The translations under genes and the position numbers were made by a program. Positions 39,682 to 49,577 of a stretch of DNA of 64,000 bases are shown one piece after another; the stretch's first letter is position 1; each line of letters opens with the position of its first letter. This DNA comes from an uncultured Chitinophagales bacterium (GTDB lineage Bacteria > Bacteroidota > Bacteroidia > Chitinophagales > JADIYW01), in NCBI GenBank assembly GCA_964507125.1, contig CAZDOT010000007.1:19764-83763 (forward strand). The letters are read 5' to 3'. The notes beneath the pieces are model-generated. The model did not search any database. It worked only from the letters and a program-made list of their open reading frames with translations, and was not told the DNA's origin.

Positions 39682-40536
39682 ATGAACGAATTTAAAGGAA
39701 CCGAAAATTATATTGCTACGGATGAATTACAAATAGCCGTGAATGCTGCCATTGCTTTAGAAAAACCGTTGTTGATTAAAGGCGAGCCTGGAACAGGAAA
39801 AACATTGTTGGCTTTTGAAGTAGCCAAAGCATTAAATAAACCAATTTATACTTGGCATATAAAATCGACTACGCAAGCACAACAAGGCTTGTATGAGTAT
39901 GATGCCGTGGCTCGTTTGCGTGATTCGCAATTTGGAGATGATAAAGTGAATGACATTGCACATTATATCATTAAAGGTAAGATGTGGCAAGCTTTTGAAA
40001 GCGAAAAACAAGCAGTGTTGTTGATAGATGAAATAGATAAAGCAGATATTGAATTTCCCAATGATTTATTATTGGAGTTAGATAAAATGGAATTTTATTG
40101 CTACGAATTACAAAAAACAATAAAAGCAAAAACAAGACCAATTGTAATTATTACGTCTAATAATGAAAAAGAATTGCCGGATGCCTTTTTGCGCAGATGC
40201 TTCTTTCATTACATTCGTTTTCCGGAACGACAAACCATGATAGATATTATCAACGTGCATTTCCCAACTATTGAAGAAGATTTGATGGAGGAAGCATTGA
40301 AAGTATTTTATGGGTTAAGAGATATTCATGGCATTAAAAAGAAACCATCTACATCGGAATTGATAGATTGGATTCGCTTGTTGAAATTGGGCAAAAATAC
40401 CAAAGAAGATTTACAACAAATCGACTACATACAAACACAACCGCCGTACTTTGGCTCACTCTTAAAAAACGAACAAGATTACGACCACATCAGCAAAGTA
40501 AAGCGTGCCGGACAAAATACGTTTAGAAGATTTTAG
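39682..40536 (+). CDS. MoxR/AAA_5-type AAA+ ATPase (CoxD/CbbQ-like)
   Basis: 284 aa. Walker A GEPGTGKT, Walker B LLIDEIDKA, and sensor region ITSNNEKELPDAFLRRC. Confidence 0.8.
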   Translation: MNEFKGTENYIATDELQIAVNAAIALEKPLLIKGEPGTGKTLLAFEVAKALNKPIYTWHIKSTTQAQQGLYEYDAVARLRDSQFGDDKVNDIAHYIIKGKMWQAFESEKQAVLLIDEIDKADIEFPNDLLLELDKMEFYCYELQKTIKAKTRPIVIITSNNEKELPDAFLRRCFFHYIRFPERQTMIDIINVHFPTIEEDLMEEALKVFYGLRDIHGIKKKPSTSELIDWIRLLKLGKNTKEDLQQIDYIQTQPPYFGSLLKNEQDYDHISKVKRAGQNTFRRF

Positions 40537-41976
40537 TTATTCTATTTTAAAAAGAATAGTTGTTCTTATTTTATCGTAGCCGTTTTCTTTTTTAGAAAAT
40601 GATTTTATTTTTTTGATGTCCTTTCTGGAAGATAAATCATCTAAGTACACATGATTTTCTACCGGAGCATACCAATCATCCCAAATTAAATAAGCCGGTT
40701 TTTGCAATTGATTGGGATAATCTACATTCAAATCCGGATGTTTTTTTCGGTCAAAATAATCCATGTCTAATGCAACGCTTATGTATGGTGCGGCAAAATA
40801 AATGGGCATTGTTTTATATTCGCTATGATGTCTGTTTAAGTAAGCAGCCATCTCATTTTGTATTTGTTGGTCTTCGTTTAAGCTCAATACCTCTTTGTTT
40901 GGAATGGCATATTTTTTCTTATAAAAATTAAAAAATACCAGCAATAAAACCACGACTAAAAATCCAATTTTTGTTGTTTTTCGGTTGGGTAAATATTGAA
41001 AAATTTCATTTAAAAATTTAGCACAAATAAGGGCTATTAATGGCAAAATGCCCACCATTACACGTATGAGGCCAAAGGAATGAAACCAACCTTTGTACCA
41101 AGCAAACGAATGAAAAAAGAAAATAGAAAATGCGATTCCATATATTAAGAATAAAAATTCTAAGGAGAAGTTGACGTCTTTCTTCAAAATAAATTTTAAA
41201 ATGCTATACGCTAAGCCTGCTAATAAACCCATTCCGGTAACGTAATATAGGATAATCCCAACTGCATATCGCATATTTACAATAAAGGCATCCCAAGGGC
41301 CTTTCCCATAATCAGTAGTACCCACAGCATACGGATTTTCTATAAGTGTCCACCCAATAGATTTATTATAAAGGAGCACGCCTAATATCGTATAAATCAA
41401 ATGCCCAACGAATAATAAGGGTATTCGTCGCTGTTCTTTTTTTATAAGTAAATAAATGCAAAAAACAACGATAACAATTAACCCTTCGCTTCTAATAAAC
41501 GGAAGAAAAGATAAAATGAGTAATGCAATGGTTTGTTTTTGATTTAACCAAAGAAAAAGGATTGTCATCAATGTCAATGCAAATAATGGCTCTGTTAATC
41601 CTGATAATGCATAAATAATTTGATGAGGAAAGATGGCCAAAAATAATGCCACCAACCAAGCTTGTTTGATGTGTAATAATTGAGCTATTCTAAACGTAAT
41701 AAAGATAGATATCGCCTGAATAGTAATATTAAAAATCTGGATACCTTTAAAACCAAATTGAGCCGGAAGGCAAGTAATTAATACATAAACCGGCTTTGCC
41801 CAATGATCAAAAAAATAAATAGGTTGCTTTAATGCAGCACGTGCGTACAAATAATGCATGATGCTGTCGCCTTCATCTCCTGTGCCGGAAAATGTATTTG
41901 CAATTACCAACATTGTTATCCAAAATAAAAGTGCTATAAAACCAGCAATATATTTTTGAGCGATGTTGAATTGCAT
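40537..41976 (-). CDS. Polytopic membrane protein, GT-C-fold glycosyltransferase-like
   Basis: 479 aa with about 11 TM helices followed by a ~110-aa soluble C-terminal domain. The first loop carries the acidic motif GTGDEGDSIMHY. Confidence 0.5.
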   Translation of the reverse strand: MQFNIAQKYIAGFIALLFWITMLVIANTFSGTGDEGDSIMHYLYARAALKQPIYFFDHWAKPVYVLITCLPAQFGFKGIQIFNITIQAISIFITFRIAQLLHIKQAWLVALFLAIFPHQIIYALSGLTEPLFALTLMTILFLWLNQKQTIALLILSFLPFIRSEGLIVIVVFCIYLLIKKEQRRIPLLFVGHLIYTILGVLLYNKSIGWTLIENPYAVGTTDYGKGPWDAFIVNMRYAVGIILYYVTGMGLLAGLAYSILKFILKKDVNFSLEFLFLIYGIAFSIFFFHSFAWYKGWFHSFGLIRVMVGILPLIALICAKFLNEIFQYLPNRKTTKIGFLVVVLLLVFFNFYKKKYAIPNKEVLSLNEDQQIQNEMAAYLNRHHSEYKTMPIYFAAPYISVALDMDYFDRKKHPDLNVDYPNQLQKPAYLIWDDWYAPVENHVYLDDLSSRKDIKKIKSFSKKENGYDKIRTTILFKIE

Positions 41977-41992
41977 TAAAATAAATTAGAAA

Positions 41993-43060
41993 TTAAATTC
42001 TTTCATCATGTAGCACAGCACGCTTCACCAACGGATTCTCGCGCATTTCTGCATAGTTTAATCGTTGATTATAAATGTCAATTGCTGTGTAAATGGCTTT
42101 TCTAAAAGATGTTTCATCGGCAATTCCTTTTCCTGCAATATCTTCTGCGGTGCCGTGATCCGGTGATGTGCGAACTATCGGTAAGCCAGCCGTAAAATTA
42201 GTGCCATCTTCCGCCGCAATATATTTAAACGGTATTAATCCTTGATCGTGATACATGGCTAATACAGCATCAAATTTAAGATGTTGATTAGAGGCAAAAA
42301 AGCCATCTGCCGGATACGGACCAAATGCCATAATGCCGTTATTCTTGGCTTCTTGCACTGCCGGTAAAATAATAGATTGTTCTTCTTTTCCAATCACACC
42401 GCCATCGCCTGCGTGCGGATTTAAACCCAATACGGCAATGCGTGGTTTGTCTATTCCAAAATCTTCACAAAGTGAAGCATTCATTAATTGTAATTTGCGA
42501 AGAATTTTCTCTTTTGTAATTCCGTTGGCAACTTCTTTAATGGCGGAATGATTGGTTACTAAACCGACACGAATAGCATCGGCTACCATAAACATCAAGT
42601 TTTCTTTTGCCTCAAAATATTGCATTAAATATTCGGTATGTCCGGCAAACGGAAATTTATCAGAGTGGATTACATTTTTGTTGATAGGTGCCGTCACTAA
42701 TACATCAATCTGTTTATTTTTGAGTGCTTCGCATGCTGCCTCTAATGATTTAAGTGCGTATGTTCCGGATGTTTCAGATGGATTTCCCGGCGTGATTTGA
42801 AATTCTTCTTCCCAAACCGGAAAAACATTAAGTGAATTGTGACTTAAATTATTGAAATTTTTAATGGTAGTATATTGGAATTTTTCAATATCCAACATCT
42901 TTTTATAATAAGATAAAACTCTTGGATTGCCAAATAAAATTGGCGTAAAGTGTTTATAGATTAATTCTTCCGAGAAAGTTTTTATGATGATTTCAGGTCC
43001 AATACCCGAAACATCACCCAGCGTTATTCCTACTTTTCTTTTCTGTTCTTGTAAGCTCAT
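41993..43060 (-). CDS. pdxA: 4-hydroxythreonine-4-phosphate dehydrogenase
   Basis: Motifs GDVSGIGPEII, GHTEY and SPDHGTA. I prefer the ATG at 43060 (MSLQEQKRKVGITLGD...); the track ORF extends to 43165. Confidence 0.88.
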   Translation of the reverse strand: MSLQEQKRKVGITLGDVSGIGPEIIIKTFSEELIYKHFTPILFGNPRVLSYYKKMLDIEKFQYTTIKNFNNLSHNSLNVFPVWEEEFQITPGNPSETSGTYALKSLEAACEALKNKQIDVLVTAPINKNVIHSDKFPFAGHTEYLMQYFEAKENLMFMVADAIRVGLVTNHSAIKEVANGITKEKILRKLQLMNASLCEDFGIDKPRIAVLGLNPHAGDGGVIGKEEQSIILPAVQEAKNNGIMAFGPYPADGFFASNQHLKFDAVLAMYHDQGLIPFKYIAAEDGTNFTAGLPIVRTSPDHGTAEDIAGKGIADETSFRKAIYTAIDIYNQRLNYAEMRENPLVKRAVLHDERI

Positions 43061-44486
43061 CGTTGCATAGATTTTGTACAAATTTAAACAATAATCTGAC
43101 ACCATACGCTGTTGCCCATTTTCCGCGGTAATTATAAGGTGACGCGACATAAGCGGGACCGGCAATATCGAAATGTACCCAAGGATAATCTGTAAAGTGT
43201 TCTAAAAATTTCCCTGCAGTGATGGCACCTGCATCTACCGGCCCCAAGTTTTTTAAGTCTGCTATGTCGCTCTTCATATAGTCGCCGTATTCTTCCCAAA
43301 GTGGAAATTCTACGACGCGCTCACCTGTGAAATTTGCTGCTTTTTTTAGTTTCTTTTTGATGTCTTTCCCGGCATTTCCCATTATCACACTTGCTTCTTT
43401 ACCAATGGCACGCATTGCCGAGCCGGTTAAAGTGGCAAAATCTAATACTAATTCTGGTTTGTATCGTTTAGCATAATGCAATGCATCTGCTAATATTAAT
43501 CGCCCTTCTGCGTCGGTGTCCATGACTTCTACCGTGGTTCCGTCGTACATAGTGATAACATCACTTGGGCAAATAGCTTCGTAACCCGGACGGTTTTCAA
43601 CTGCCGGAATTAAGCCTATAATATGATATGGTAATTTTGATTTTGCTATAGCATGTAATGCACCAAAAACAGCAGCAGAACCCGCCATGTCCGATTTCAT
43701 CATGTCCATGCTACTGCGGGTTGGTTTTAAAGACAAACCACCTGTGTCAAATACAACACCTTTGCCAACTAATACCAATGGGTTTTCATTTTTTGGGTTA
43801 GCTGGTTTGTATTCTAAAATATTAAAAGTTGCCGGTGCGGAACTACCTTGATTTACGGCAATAATTCCACCCATGCGTTCTTCTTCAATTTCTTTTTGTT
43901 CCATCGTGGTTACTTGAATGCCTACTGCTGAGCCAATTCGTTGCATTTCTTTAGAATATTGAAGTGCTGTTAAATAGGAGACAGGTTCATTCACGAAATC
44001 CTTCGTGATTTGTACACTTTCCGTAATCGTATTAATTTCTTGAATACTTTCTTTATCCAAAATAATTGGGTCGATATGTACAGATAAATTGAAACTTTTT
44101 TGCTTGGTTCTGTATTTTAGAAATTCGTAGCACGATAAATTTATACCTAATAAAATAGATATTAAATGCTCTTGTGGAATATTTCCTAATACCTCAATGC
44201 TGATTTCGGGTTCCTTTAATTCTTTACAGGTTTTATAAACGGTGTTGCCACGAATTCGGAGCTTTTCATGCATGCTATCTTCATTAGTTGTAGCATCTAT
44301 TTCGATTGGTAATAAAAGGTATGTTTTCTGTTGCTTGCTAAAGGAGATGATTTGTACGCCATCATTTAGTTTTTCATGGATAGATTTTTTTTCTTCTAAA
44401 TCAAAAAAAGGTAATAAATTATATGTGGATTTAGTGAATATAACGAGAATAGCTCTTTTCGCAGGTTTTGAGGAAATCTGTAACAT
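43014..44486 (-). CDS. pepA: Leucyl aminopeptidase (M17)
   Basis: 490 aa. Motifs VGKGVVFDTGGLSLKP and MDTDAEGRLILADAL. Confidence 0.9.
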   Translation of the reverse strand: MLQISSKPAKRAILVIFTKSTYNLLPFFDLEEKKSIHEKLNDGVQIISFSKQQKTYLLLPIEIDATTNEDSMHEKLRIRGNTVYKTCKELKEPEISIEVLGNIPQEHLISILLGINLSCYEFLKYRTKQKSFNLSVHIDPIILDKESIQEINTITESVQITKDFVNEPVSYLTALQYSKEMQRIGSAVGIQVTTMEQKEIEEERMGGIIAVNQGSSAPATFNILEYKPANPKNENPLVLVGKGVVFDTGGLSLKPTRSSMDMMKSDMAGSAAVFGALHAIAKSKLPYHIIGLIPAVENRPGYEAICPSDVITMYDGTTVEVMDTDAEGRLILADALHYAKRYKPELVLDFATLTGSAMRAIGKEASVIMGNAGKDIKKKLKKAANFTGERVVEFPLWEEYGDYMKSDIADLKNLGPVDAGAITAGKFLEHFTDYPWVHFDIAGPAYVASPYNYRGKWATAYGVRLLFKFVQNLCNDELTRTEKKSRNNAG

Positions 44487-44564
44487 ATTGTATATCTTTA
44501 GGTCGTTTAGTTAATAGTTTTGCATTTCAAAATTAAATTCTCGTAATAAATAATAAAAGATACT

Positions 44565-45350
44565 ATGTCAGGTTTTGTGACAGCCTTAAAATCGTATGGA
44601 CAGCACTTTTTAACAGATAAAATAGTGTTAGATAAGATTGTTTACGTAATTAAGGAATTACATCAAGAAGAGAAAATCGTGGAAATTGGTCCCGGAACCG
44701 GCGCATTAACCAAAGTATTGTTGCCAGAATTTGAGACACTCACCAGTATAGAAGTGGATAAAAGATGTATTGAATATTTACAACAAAATCTACAACCCAA
44801 ATTTCCTCATTTTACCATTCTTGATGCCGATTTTCTAAAATTAGATTTGCAGCAATTGTTAACCCAGCCTACTGCAATTGTGGGCAATTTCCCATATAAT
44901 ATTTCATCGCAAATTGTGTTTAGAGTATTGGATAATTATGAAAAAATACCATTTATGGTTGGGATGTTTCAGAAAGAAATGGCGGAACGCATCGCATCAC
45001 CACATGGCTCAAAAGAGTATGGCGTCATCAGCGTATTTGCACAATTATTGTATGATGTTAAATTAGAATTTGATATTGCACCACAAAGTTTTTCGCCACC
45101 ACCCAAAGTGATGAGTAGTGTTATCTCATTCAAAAGAAAAGAAAATATTCTGCTCGATTTTGATTTTAAGTTGTTTAAAAATGTAGTAAAATCCGGATTT
45201 AACCAACGCCGTAAAATGCTCCGCAACGGCTTGAGTGGCATAGTGCCAAAAGAGATGTTACAAGAAGCAATTTTTACAAAAAGAGCAGAACAACTAAGTG
45301 TGCAAGATTTTATTGAACTCACTAAAAAGATAGAACATAGTAAAAAATGA
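44565..45350 (+). CDS. rsmA: 16S rRNA (adenine1518/1519-N6)-dimethyltransferase
   Basis: 261 aa. KSYGQHFL, the SAM motif EIGPGTGALT, and NFPYNISS. Confidence 0.92.
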   Translation: MSGFVTALKSYGQHFLTDKIVLDKIVYVIKELHQEEKIVEIGPGTGALTKVLLPEFETLTSIEVDKRCIEYLQQNLQPKFPHFTILDADFLKLDLQQLLTQPTAIVGNFPYNISSQIVFRVLDNYEKIPFMVGMFQKEMAERIASPHGSKEYGVISVFAQLLYDVKLEFDIAPQSFSPPPKVMSSVISFKRKENILLDFDFKLFKNVVKSGFNQRRKMLRNGLSGIVPKEMLQEAIFTKRAEQLSVQDFIELTKKIEHSKK

Positions 45351-45416
45351 GTTGTCGTAACTTTCAAAAGAAATGACTCATTTTACTACTTAAATTATCA
45401 ATCATAATAAGATAAA

Positions 45417-46349
45417 ATGAACGTTTTAATTACAGCAGAAATACATCCGTATTTACAACAACGCATGGAAACATTGGGTTTTTCTGTGGAGGTGAAAGCA
45501 GATATTGAACGTGCTGAATTGCTTTCCATTATTGATAAATATGACATCTTAATTATCACTACTTACACTAAAGCCGATGCTGTTTTATTGGATAAAGCCG
45601 TGCGTTTAAAAATTATAGGTCGTGTAGGCAGCGGCATGGAAAATGTAAACATCAAATATGCACAACAAAAGCATATACATTGCATCAATTCGCCGGAAGG
45701 AAATGGAAATGCCGTTGGTGAACATAGCTTGGCTATGTTGTTGTGCTTGATGAACAACATCACCAAATCGAATATAGAGCTAAAGCAATCTATCTTCCAA
45801 CGGGAAGCCAATAGAGGTGTTGAGTTGGACGGAAAAACAGTTGGAATTATTGGCTATGGCCACACCGGAAAAGCATTGGCAAAAAAATTACGTGGCTTTG
45901 AAGTGGATATTTTGGTGTATGATAAATACCATTTGGCAACAGACGATTTTGTGAAAAATGTATCGTTTGATGACATCCAAAAGCAATGTGACGTCATTAG
46001 TTTTCACGTGCCGTATAATGATGAAACACATCATTATTGCAATGCAGATTTTATGCAGCAATGTGCTAAAAAGCCCATTATTATTAACACTTCACGCGGT
46101 GCTGTGCTGGATACTATTGCCGTTTTACAAGCAGTAAAACAACAACAAATAAACGGTTTGTGTATAGATGTTTTTGAAGATGAACCTATCACCAAAAATC
46201 AGTTGCATTCTGTAGAAGTGTATCAACAATTATTAGCACTTCCAAATGTGGTTGCTACACCGCACATTGCCGGATGGACGCACGAATCAAAATATAAATT
46301 GGTGCAAATTTTAATGGATAAAATAGAATGGTATTTGTCTAAGCTGTAG
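45417..46349 (+). CDS. D-isomer-specific 2-hydroxyacid dehydrogenase (phosphoglycerate dehydrogenase-like)
   Basis: 310 aa. NAD fold GKTVGIIGYGHTGKALAKKL and catalytic region NTSRG...PHIAGWT. Confidence 0.8.
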   Translation: MNVLITAEIHPYLQQRMETLGFSVEVKADIERAELLSIIDKYDILIITTYTKADAVLLDKAVRLKIIGRVGSGMENVNIKYAQQKHIHCINSPEGNGNAVGEHSLAMLLCLMNNITKSNIELKQSIFQREANRGVELDGKTVGIIGYGHTGKALAKKLRGFEVDILVYDKYHLATDDFVKNVSFDDIQKQCDVISFHVPYNDETHHYCNADFMQQCAKKPIIINTSRGAVLDTIAVLQAVKQQQINGLCIDVFEDEPITKNQLHSVEVYQQLLALPNVVATPHIAGWTHESKYKLVQILMDKIEWYLSKL

Positions 46350-46350
46350 C

Positions 46351-47703
46351 TTATTGTTTTGCTTTCTTAGCTCTTTTGTCCAGCCACCATGCAATCCCTA
46401 AACTTGCCAATAAAATATAAAAAGGCATACTCGGCAATCGGTATCTTGCATACGAAATAATGCCACTAATTAAGGTGAAATATCCGGCAGAACCTAATAA
46501 AAACAGCATTAGTAAGGTGCGTTTTTCTTTGACGAGTTTCCAAATACCTAACAACGCAAAGCTGTAAATTATGACAAGCATGGTGCCAACAAATACACCT
46601 AAGCCTACTTCATAAATGGTTTTTTCTCGGAAAAATTTTTGCACCAACGTAAACACACCATTCGTATATTTTTCTTCTTCACTAAATTTTTTCGCCGGAA
46701 TATGCAGCACTTCAGTGAGTATGTGCGTACCTACACTTAAATGTATTTTCACTGTTCCGATTAAGTGCGTTTTTAAATAATCTGCAAAATGTGCTTTTAA
46801 AATTTTATTGGCTAATGCACCATCGTATTTTTCTTTTTCAAACGGATTAGCATCCGGTCGCCAGCCCATCTTTAATAATTCTTCTTTGAAATGTGCATTT
46901 ACTGTGTCAATCGGTAATTGCAAACGTTTAGCTTCATAATAGCTGGCATTCCAAAAAAGTAAATTGTATCCTTTAATATTAGATAAGGCAAAGTGCCCGT
47001 ATTCATTATAGTTTCTTAAACACCAAGGTGCAATAGTAATAAAATACGCTAACCCAATTACTATCGTATGTTTTATTCCGATTTTTAAATCTTTAAAATA
47101 CCACATCAATGTAAATATTAAAATTCCGGCGATGTAATATTGCGATATAGGTCGTATTAAAGTGCTGATACCATAAATTATTCCGGTGAGTATAAAATAT
47201 TTTAATTTATGTTGTTGGATGGCTTTTATGAAATACAATAAACCCATTAAAAACACGGTGGTATATATGGTTTCCGTTAAAATTTGATAGATGAAAATAA
47301 GGTGATGTAAATCCAATGAAAATAAAATAGCTGCAATAAAACCAACTTTCTCACTGAATAATTCTTTGCCTATTTTATACATCAACACAATTGAAAATAA
47401 ATTCAGGAATATTTGCACGATGATGGCAGTGTACGGATAATCACCAAAAAGACTATACACTATAGAAACAAAAAACGGATACGCCGGCGTGCGAAATGCA
47501 TCACCACAAAATGTCAAATAATTTTTGATGCACAATGCCAAATTGTGGTAACCCATCGAATCAAAAATGAGTATTTGGTTTTTAATAACACTTGCATCCC
47601 AAGGTTCAAACCGAACAAAAACAAAAATCCTTACAATGAGAGAAAAGAATAAAAGCCACCATAATTTCTTAGGTAGTTTAAATGCATCTAAAAACGTATT
47701 CAT
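46351..47703 (-). CDS. Polytopic membrane glycosyltransferase, GT39/ArnT-PMT_2-like
   Basis: 450 aa with about 11 TM helices. First-loop motif IFDSMGYHNLA, then RTPAYPFFVS and a TLIRPI block, typical of ArnT/PMT_2-type GT-C enzymes. Confidence 0.6.
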   Translation of the reverse strand: MNTFLDAFKLPKKLWWLLFFSLIVRIFVFVRFEPWDASVIKNQILIFDSMGYHNLALCIKNYLTFCGDAFRTPAYPFFVSIVYSLFGDYPYTAIIVQIFLNLFSIVLMYKIGKELFSEKVGFIAAILFSLDLHHLIFIYQILTETIYTTVFLMGLLYFIKAIQQHKLKYFILTGIIYGISTLIRPISQYYIAGILIFTLMWYFKDLKIGIKHTIVIGLAYFITIAPWCLRNYNEYGHFALSNIKGYNLLFWNASYYEAKRLQLPIDTVNAHFKEELLKMGWRPDANPFEKEKYDGALANKILKAHFADYLKTHLIGTVKIHLSVGTHILTEVLHIPAKKFSEEEKYTNGVFTLVQKFFREKTIYEVGLGVFVGTMLVIIYSFALLGIWKLVKEKRTLLMLFLLGSAGYFTLISGIISYARYRLPSMPFYILLASLGIAWWLDKRAKKAKQ

Positions 47704-47860
47704 GCTATAAAAATACTCTTTTTAATAGAATAACCATTTTTGTAATGTACTACTTTTCATAAATTGAACTTTCTATAGTATATCATTGTTGATTAGTTAA
47801 ATGAAGTAGAAATGTAAGGTGCTTTTTGAATGAGCAATGAGTCTTTTAAAGTGTTAAAAG

Positions 47861-47891
47861 TTGCTTATTTCAAAAATGATTGGTATATTTG
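47861..47891 (+). promoter_or_regulatory. Bacteroidota-type promoter (TTG-N20-TAtaTTTG) for greA
   Basis: TTG at 47861-47863 and TATATTTG at 47884-47891. The spacing is identical to the rplM and frr promoters. Confidence 0.5.
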
Positions 47892-47898
47892 TATTTCA

Positions 47899-47934
47899 AG
47901 GCACGTCTCTTTCGGAGGCGTGTCTCTTTTTTTT
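47899..47934 (+). terminator. Intrinsic terminator/attenuator inside the greA leader
   Basis: 11-bp stem AGGCACGTCTC / GAGGCGTGTCT (2 G-U pairs), loop TTTCG, then C + T8. It starts about 8 nt after the -7 box and ends 19 nt before the greA ATG. No co-directional gene lies upstream. Confidence 0.7.
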
Positions 47935-47952
47935 CATATTAAAATAAATATT

Positions 47953-48426
47953 ATGAACAACGTAGTTTATGTTACTGAAGAAGGAATGGCAAAAATGAAA
48001 GAAGAGTTAGCTCATTTAATTGCCGTAGAGCGTCCAAACGCTTCAAAAGCTATTGCTGAAGCAAGAGAAAAAGGAGATCTATCAGAAAATGCAGAATATG
48101 ATGCCGCTAAAGAGGCTCAAGGTTTGTTAGAGTTGCGCATTACTCAATTACAAACAGATATCGGAAATGCGCGCGTGTTAGATACTTCTACCATAGATAC
48201 CTCTAAAGTATTCGTATTGTCTAAAGTGAAGGTTCGCAATGTGAAATTGAAAAAAGAATTCACGTATCATTTGGTTTCCGAAACAGAAGCCGACTTAAAA
48301 CAAATGAAGATTTCTGTAAAATCACCAATTGGGTCAGCTTTATTAGGAAAAACGGTAGGTGAGAAGGTTTCTGTTCAAATTCCGGCCGGTTCATTAGAAT
48401 TGGAAGTGTTAGATATTTTTGTGTAA
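47953..48426 (+). CDS. greA: Transcription elongation factor GreA
   Basis: 157 aa starting from the ATG at 47953 (MNNVVYVTEEGMAKMKEEL...). Coiled-coil N-terminus with the GDLSENAEYDAAKE motif. Confidence 0.93.
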   Translation: MNNVVYVTEEGMAKMKEELAHLIAVERPNASKAIAEAREKGDLSENAEYDAAKEAQGLLELRITQLQTDIGNARVLDTSTIDTSKVFVLSKVKVRNVKLKKEFTYHLVSETEADLKQMKISVKSPIGSALLGKTVGEKVSVQIPAGSLELEVLDIFV

Positions 48427-48552
48427 TTAATCTGTTGTGCGGTTTGAATTTTGATCAGCATAAAAATAGGGACAAAAGGTTCAATTGGACAATCCATTCA
48501 ATAAAAAAATGATTATTACATTTTAAACGCATTACGAGTTTTAATTACTAAG

Positions 48553-48939
48553 ATGACCATTTTCACTAAAATCATTAACGGCGATATTCCTTGCTACAAA
48601 ATAGCAGAAGACGAAAAGTATTTTGCTTTCTTGGATATTCGTCCATTAAGTGCCGGACATACTTTAGTGATTCCGAAAAAAGAAACAGACTATATTTTTG
48701 ATTTGGAAGATGATGAACTGCAAGGATTAATCATCTTTGCCAAAAAAATAGCGATAGCCATAAAAAAGGCAATTCCGTGCGAACGCATCGGAATTGCCGT
48801 TATTGGCTTAGAAGTTCCACACACACACATTCATTTATCACCGATTAATTCGGTACACGATTTGGATTTCAGAAAAGCAAAAGAAATACCCAAAGAAGTG
48901 ATGCAAGAAATTGCGGATAAAATCAAAGCACAACTCTAA
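48553..48939 (+). CDS. HIT-family nucleotide hydrolase/transferase
   Basis: 128 aa with the histidine triad VPHTHIHL. Confidence 0.88.
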   Translation: MTIFTKIINGDIPCYKIAEDEKYFAFLDIRPLSAGHTLVIPKKETDYIFDLEDDELQGLIIFAKKIAIAIKKAIPCERIGIAVIGLEVPHTHIHLSPINSVHDLDFRKAKEIPKEVMQEIADKIKAQL

Positions 48940-48978
48940 TTTTCTTTCATTTTTAATTTATCTAAATAATAAAAAACA

Positions 48979-49389
48979 TCACCTTGTTTTATCCGGATTA
49001 TTCGCTTCCGGAACAGTCGTTGTCTTTATAAAATGAAATGCTTCTAAGGTGGCAACAGCATCCGATTTTACAAGCACATAATAAGTTCGTCCGTTTGGGC
49101 AAGTGCACGCTTCGCAAGATATCATGCCATCATCGTACGTAGAGCGTATGTCCAAAATCTTTACTTCGTGTTTTTCAATTTGGCTTTTCACCGCACCGCG
49201 TAGCTGCTCTTCTGTAGGTTTTGTAAACCAATTCAACTGCCACGGATTTTGACATTTTGTTTCGTTGTATTGCATCCAAACCGAATCTGTCTGAGTTAAA
49301 TTTTGTTGCTTCTTTTTCTTTTTACCACAAGCAAATGAAAAGGTAAACAACATTAGGCAAACAATTAAAAAAAATGGTTTCATACGCAT
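48979..49389 (-). CDS. Hypothetical lipoprotein
   Basis: 136 aa. Lipobox FTFSFACGKKKKK and a Cys-rich block, SCEACTCPNG. I recognise no family. Confidence 0.5.
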   Translation of the reverse strand: MRMKPFFLIVCLMLFTFSFACGKKKKKQQNLTQTDSVWMQYNETKCQNPWQLNWFTKPTEEQLRGAVKSQIEKHEVKILDIRSTYDDGMISCEACTCPNGRTYYVLVKSDAVATLEAFHFIKTTTVPEANNPDKTR

Positions 49390-49577
49390 TGTTTTATTTT
49401 TTAAAATAGATTAAGATGTATGGCACAAAAATGATGCTAAATAGTTAAAGTTAATCATTGTTCGGTTTGTATTTCGATGTAATAGCAGAGAAAAGTAAAC
49501 ATGTTTTTTTATTCGGCAATCCATCAACTAAAAAATTGAATCTTACATTAAACCACACAACGCATTAAAGTTTATTT

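Noticed and set aside
47830-47952. The N-terminal 41-aa extension of greA in the ORF track. Similar upstream extensions occur for rplM (15864-15956), metG (50475-50561), pdxA (43061-43165), ruvA (3922-3960) and the hydroxylase (62967-63002).
   Set aside because: The extensions run through predicted promoters or terminators and encode implausible peptides. The internal starts reproduce canonical N-termini of each family.
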